Positions 62,075-64,000 of a stretch of DNA of 64,000 nt are shown in pieces. A program made the position numbers and the translations under genes. How positions within the stretch are numbered: position 1 is the stretch's first letter; every line of letters starts with the position of its first letter. The notes beneath the pieces are model-generated. The model saw only the letters and a list, made by a program, of their open reading frames with translations, ran no database searches and was not told the origin of the DNA. Origin of the DNA: Alphaproteobacteria bacterium. Its GTDB lineage: Bacteria > Pseudomonadota > Alphaproteobacteria > CALKHQ01. Location: assembly GCA_965227515.1 (NCBI GenBank), contig CBDDFZ010000002.1:1312001-1376000 (forward strand). The letters are read 5' to 3'.

Positions 62075-62851
62075 ATGCTTGAACGTGCGGGCGCGCTGAA
62101 GGCGCGCGCGAAGGCTGGTGACGTGCTGATGGGGTCGTGGGTGGCCGTTCCAAGCCCGATGGTCGCCGAGATCGTGGCCGACACGGGCTTCGACTATGTG
62201 GTCATCGACACCGAGCATGGGCCGACCGGCTATGAGACGTTGGCCAATATGTTGATGGCGTTCCGCGGCGTCGAGACCGTACCGCTGGTGCGCGTGCAGT
62301 CGAACGATCCGGTGCCGATCAAGCGCACGCTGGACGCCGGTGCCGAGGGCATCATGGTGCCCAACGTCCGCTCGGTGGAGGAGGCGAAGGCCGCCGTTGC
62401 CGCATGCCGTTATCCGCCGGACGGCGAACGCGGCTTCGGGCCGTTGCGCGCGTCGGGCTACTACGCCCACGCCGACGCCTATGTGCCGGCGGCCAACGCA
62501 AACGTCATTGTCGCGATCCAGATCGAGGACAAGCGCGCGGTCGAGGACATCGACAACATCCTCGACGTGCCTGGTATCGACATCGTGGTGGTCGGCCCCA
62601 ACGATATGTCCGGCACCTACGGCCTGTTCCGCCAGCACGACCACCCGACGATGGTGGAGGCGCGCAAGACGGTGATCGCGGCGGCGCGGCAGCGCGGCCT
62701 GCCAGTGTGTCCCGGCATTCCGGTCAGCCCGGACGTGCTGAAGGCGCAGGTTGCGGAGGGCTACACGGTGCTGTTCGCGGCGGCTGATGCCGGCGCGCTG
62801 GTCGAGGGGCTTGCGGTGGCGCTCGCCAATGGCCGGGCGGCAACGTCGTAA
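62075..62851 (+). CDS. HpcH/HpaI class II aldolase family protein
   Basis: IDTEHGP, LDAGAEG, YPP.GERG, QIE, VGPNDMS. Confidence 0.92.
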   Translation: MLERAGALKARAKAGDVLMGSWVAVPSPMVAEIVADTGFDYVVIDTEHGPTGYETLANMLMAFRGVETVPLVRVQSNDPVPIKRTLDAGAEGIMVPNVRSVEEAKAAVAACRYPPDGERGFGPLRASGYYAHADAYVPAANANVIVAIQIEDKRAVEDIDNILDVPGIDIVVVGPNDMSGTYGLFRQHDHPTMVEARKTVIAAARQRGLPVCPGIPVSPDVLKAQVAEGYTVLFAAADAGALVEGLAVALANGRAATS

Positions 62852-62859
62852 CCCACTCT

Positions 62860-62945
62860 AATTCGGTGACAGTTTACTAAATGCGCCGCCCCATCTTTGG
62901 GAAGAACGTGGCGCGTAGCGGTATTTAGTAAACTGTCACCGAATT
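62860..62945. repeat. Perfect 23-bp inverted repeat with 40-bp spacer (REP-like)
   Basis: aattcggtgacagtttactaaat (62860-62882) / atttagtaaactgtcaccgaatt (62923-62945). Confidence 0.85.
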
Positions 62946-62949
62946 CAAT

Positions 62950-63036
62950 CGTCATGGTCGGGCTTGTCCCGACCATCCACGACTTTCGTCAGCCGTTGCT
63001 AAGACGTGGATGCCCGCAACAAGTGCGGGCATGACG
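62950..63036. repeat. Alphaproteobacterial REP doublet (CGTCATG..CATGACG type)
   Basis: cgtcatggtcgggcttgtcccgaccatccacg .. cgtggatgcccgcaacaagtgcgggcatgacg. Confidence 0.85.
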
Positions 63037-63092
63037 ACAGTGGTTGGATGCAACCAACGGTGTTGATGAGGAATGGAAAGGTCGACTGCATA

Positions 63093-63851
63093 TCAGGCAG
63101 GCCGACGCGGGATCACCCAGTTCTGCCGCTCCTTGCGCGCGATGAAGTCGACCAGGTAGTCGACCAGCACCTGCTTCATGCGCTGGCCCTTCTCGCGGGT
63201 GGCCTTGCTGCCGTCGCCGGTGGCGCCCAGGTCGGTCAGTTCCTGGTAGTTCCAGAACTCCTGGATCTGGTCGTCCTTCTCGTCGACCATGCCGCGTGCC
63301 CGGTCCGGGTGGGTGAGGGCGGGGATCAACTCCATCGCCAGCGAGGTTTCCGCCTCTCCGCCATGGCCATAGCCCTCGTAGGCGTCCCACATCTCCTTGG
63401 GCAGGATCGACAGCGCGGTCGTCCACCAGCGTTCCATCACCGCGATGGCGACGTCCGGGTGCCGGAGCTTGATATCCTGGGCGGCGACACCGATGCACGG
63501 CACGTTGCCGTCGTGGCCGTTGATGACGACGATCTTCTTGAAGCCCCAGTCGATGACCGAGTTCAGCACGTCGCGGTAGACCGCGATGTTGGTGTCGTGG
63601 CTGACCGAGATCGACATCGGCTGGTGGCGGTAGTGCAGGCTCATGCCGAACCAGAGCGGCGGCAGCACCAGGGTGCGCGGCACCTTCTCCGCCACGGCCA
63701 GCGCCAGGTGGTGGGCGATGAACGCATCGGTGCCGAAGGGAAGGTGGTCGCCATGCCCCTCGCACGAGCCGATCGGCATCAACACCTTGTCGAAATCGCC
63801 GGCCGCGAGATCGGCGGTGTTCAGTTCCTCGTAGCGGAAGGTCTGGGCCAT
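63093..63851 (-). CDS. Creatininase family amidohydrolase
   Basis: PIGSCEGHGDHLPFGTD, NGHDGN, HGGEAETS. Confidence 0.92.
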   Translation of the reverse strand: MAQTFRYEELNTADLAAGDFDKVLMPIGSCEGHGDHLPFGTDAFIAHHLALAVAEKVPRTLVLPPLWFGMSLHYRHQPMSISVSHDTNIAVYRDVLNSVIDWGFKKIVVINGHDGNVPCIGVAAQDIKLRHPDVAIAVMERWWTTALSILPKEMWDAYEGYGHGGEAETSLAMELIPALTHPDRARGMVDEKDDQIQEFWNYQELTDLGATGDGSKATREKGQRMKQVLVDYLVDFIARKERQNWVIPRRPA

Positions 63852-63872
63852 GGTGCCCTCTCTCTGCGGCCT

Positions 63873-64000
63873 CTACTTGCGGCGGGGCCTTGGTGGGGCG
63901 CCGAACAGAACCTCGCGCACGGCCGACCAGCCGGCCCGCCACGCGGCTTGCAGCGACACGCCGTCGACGGCGACGAAGCGCAGCGACAGGCCACAGCCGC
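63873..64000 (-). CDS. 3' end of an unidentified CDS entering from beyond the window
   Basis: Open frame ..LSLRFVAVDGVSLQAAWRAGWSAVREVLFGAPPRPRRK ending at TAG just upstream of the creatininase RBS. Confidence 0.4.
   Translation of the reverse strand, partial: GCGLSLRFVAVDGVSLQAAWRAGWSAVREVLFGAPPRPRRK

Overview
High-GC chromosomal window (about two-thirds G+C by eye) from an alphaproteobacterium. Gene order and content suggest a Rhodospirillales-like lineage, and the very acidic exported proteins suggest a marine or saline habitat. Contents in order: the end of a histidine kinase and a response regulator; a PRC-barrel protein; urtABCDE with a sigma54 promoter and NtrC-like site; a sterol desaturase; an FkbM methyltransferase; tRNA-Arg(ACG) with a tandem-repeat trailer; a lipoprotein and a vpsMNOP-like polysaccharide export cassette; tRNA-Leu(CAA); an orphan catabolic cluster (TIM-barrel enzyme, amidohydrolase, two-ATPase CUT1 ABC importer with an extra membrane protein, DUF2817 peptidase); a divergent second CUT1 importer whose binding protein has an in-frame TAA; acoABC; an SDR; vapBC; the core rnd-kdsD-lptCAB-rpoN-hpf-ptsN block; tRNA-Leu(CAG); an NDUFA9-like protein; two RTX proteins; uppP; gltDB; an exonuclease; an FzlA-like GST and several metabolic genes. 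I saw no CRISPR array, integrase, transposase or prophage. The most unusual signals are: (1) 65-bp repeats after tRNA-Arg that copy its 3' end and contain alphaproteobacterial LexA-box-like motifs; (2) an importer whose two ATPases carry complementary degenerate motifs mapping to one composite ATP site; (3) a ~128-bp palindromic repeat in three copies, one with its loop inverted. All family calls come from motif recognition by eye, with no database searches, and none of these signals is proven to be a new system.
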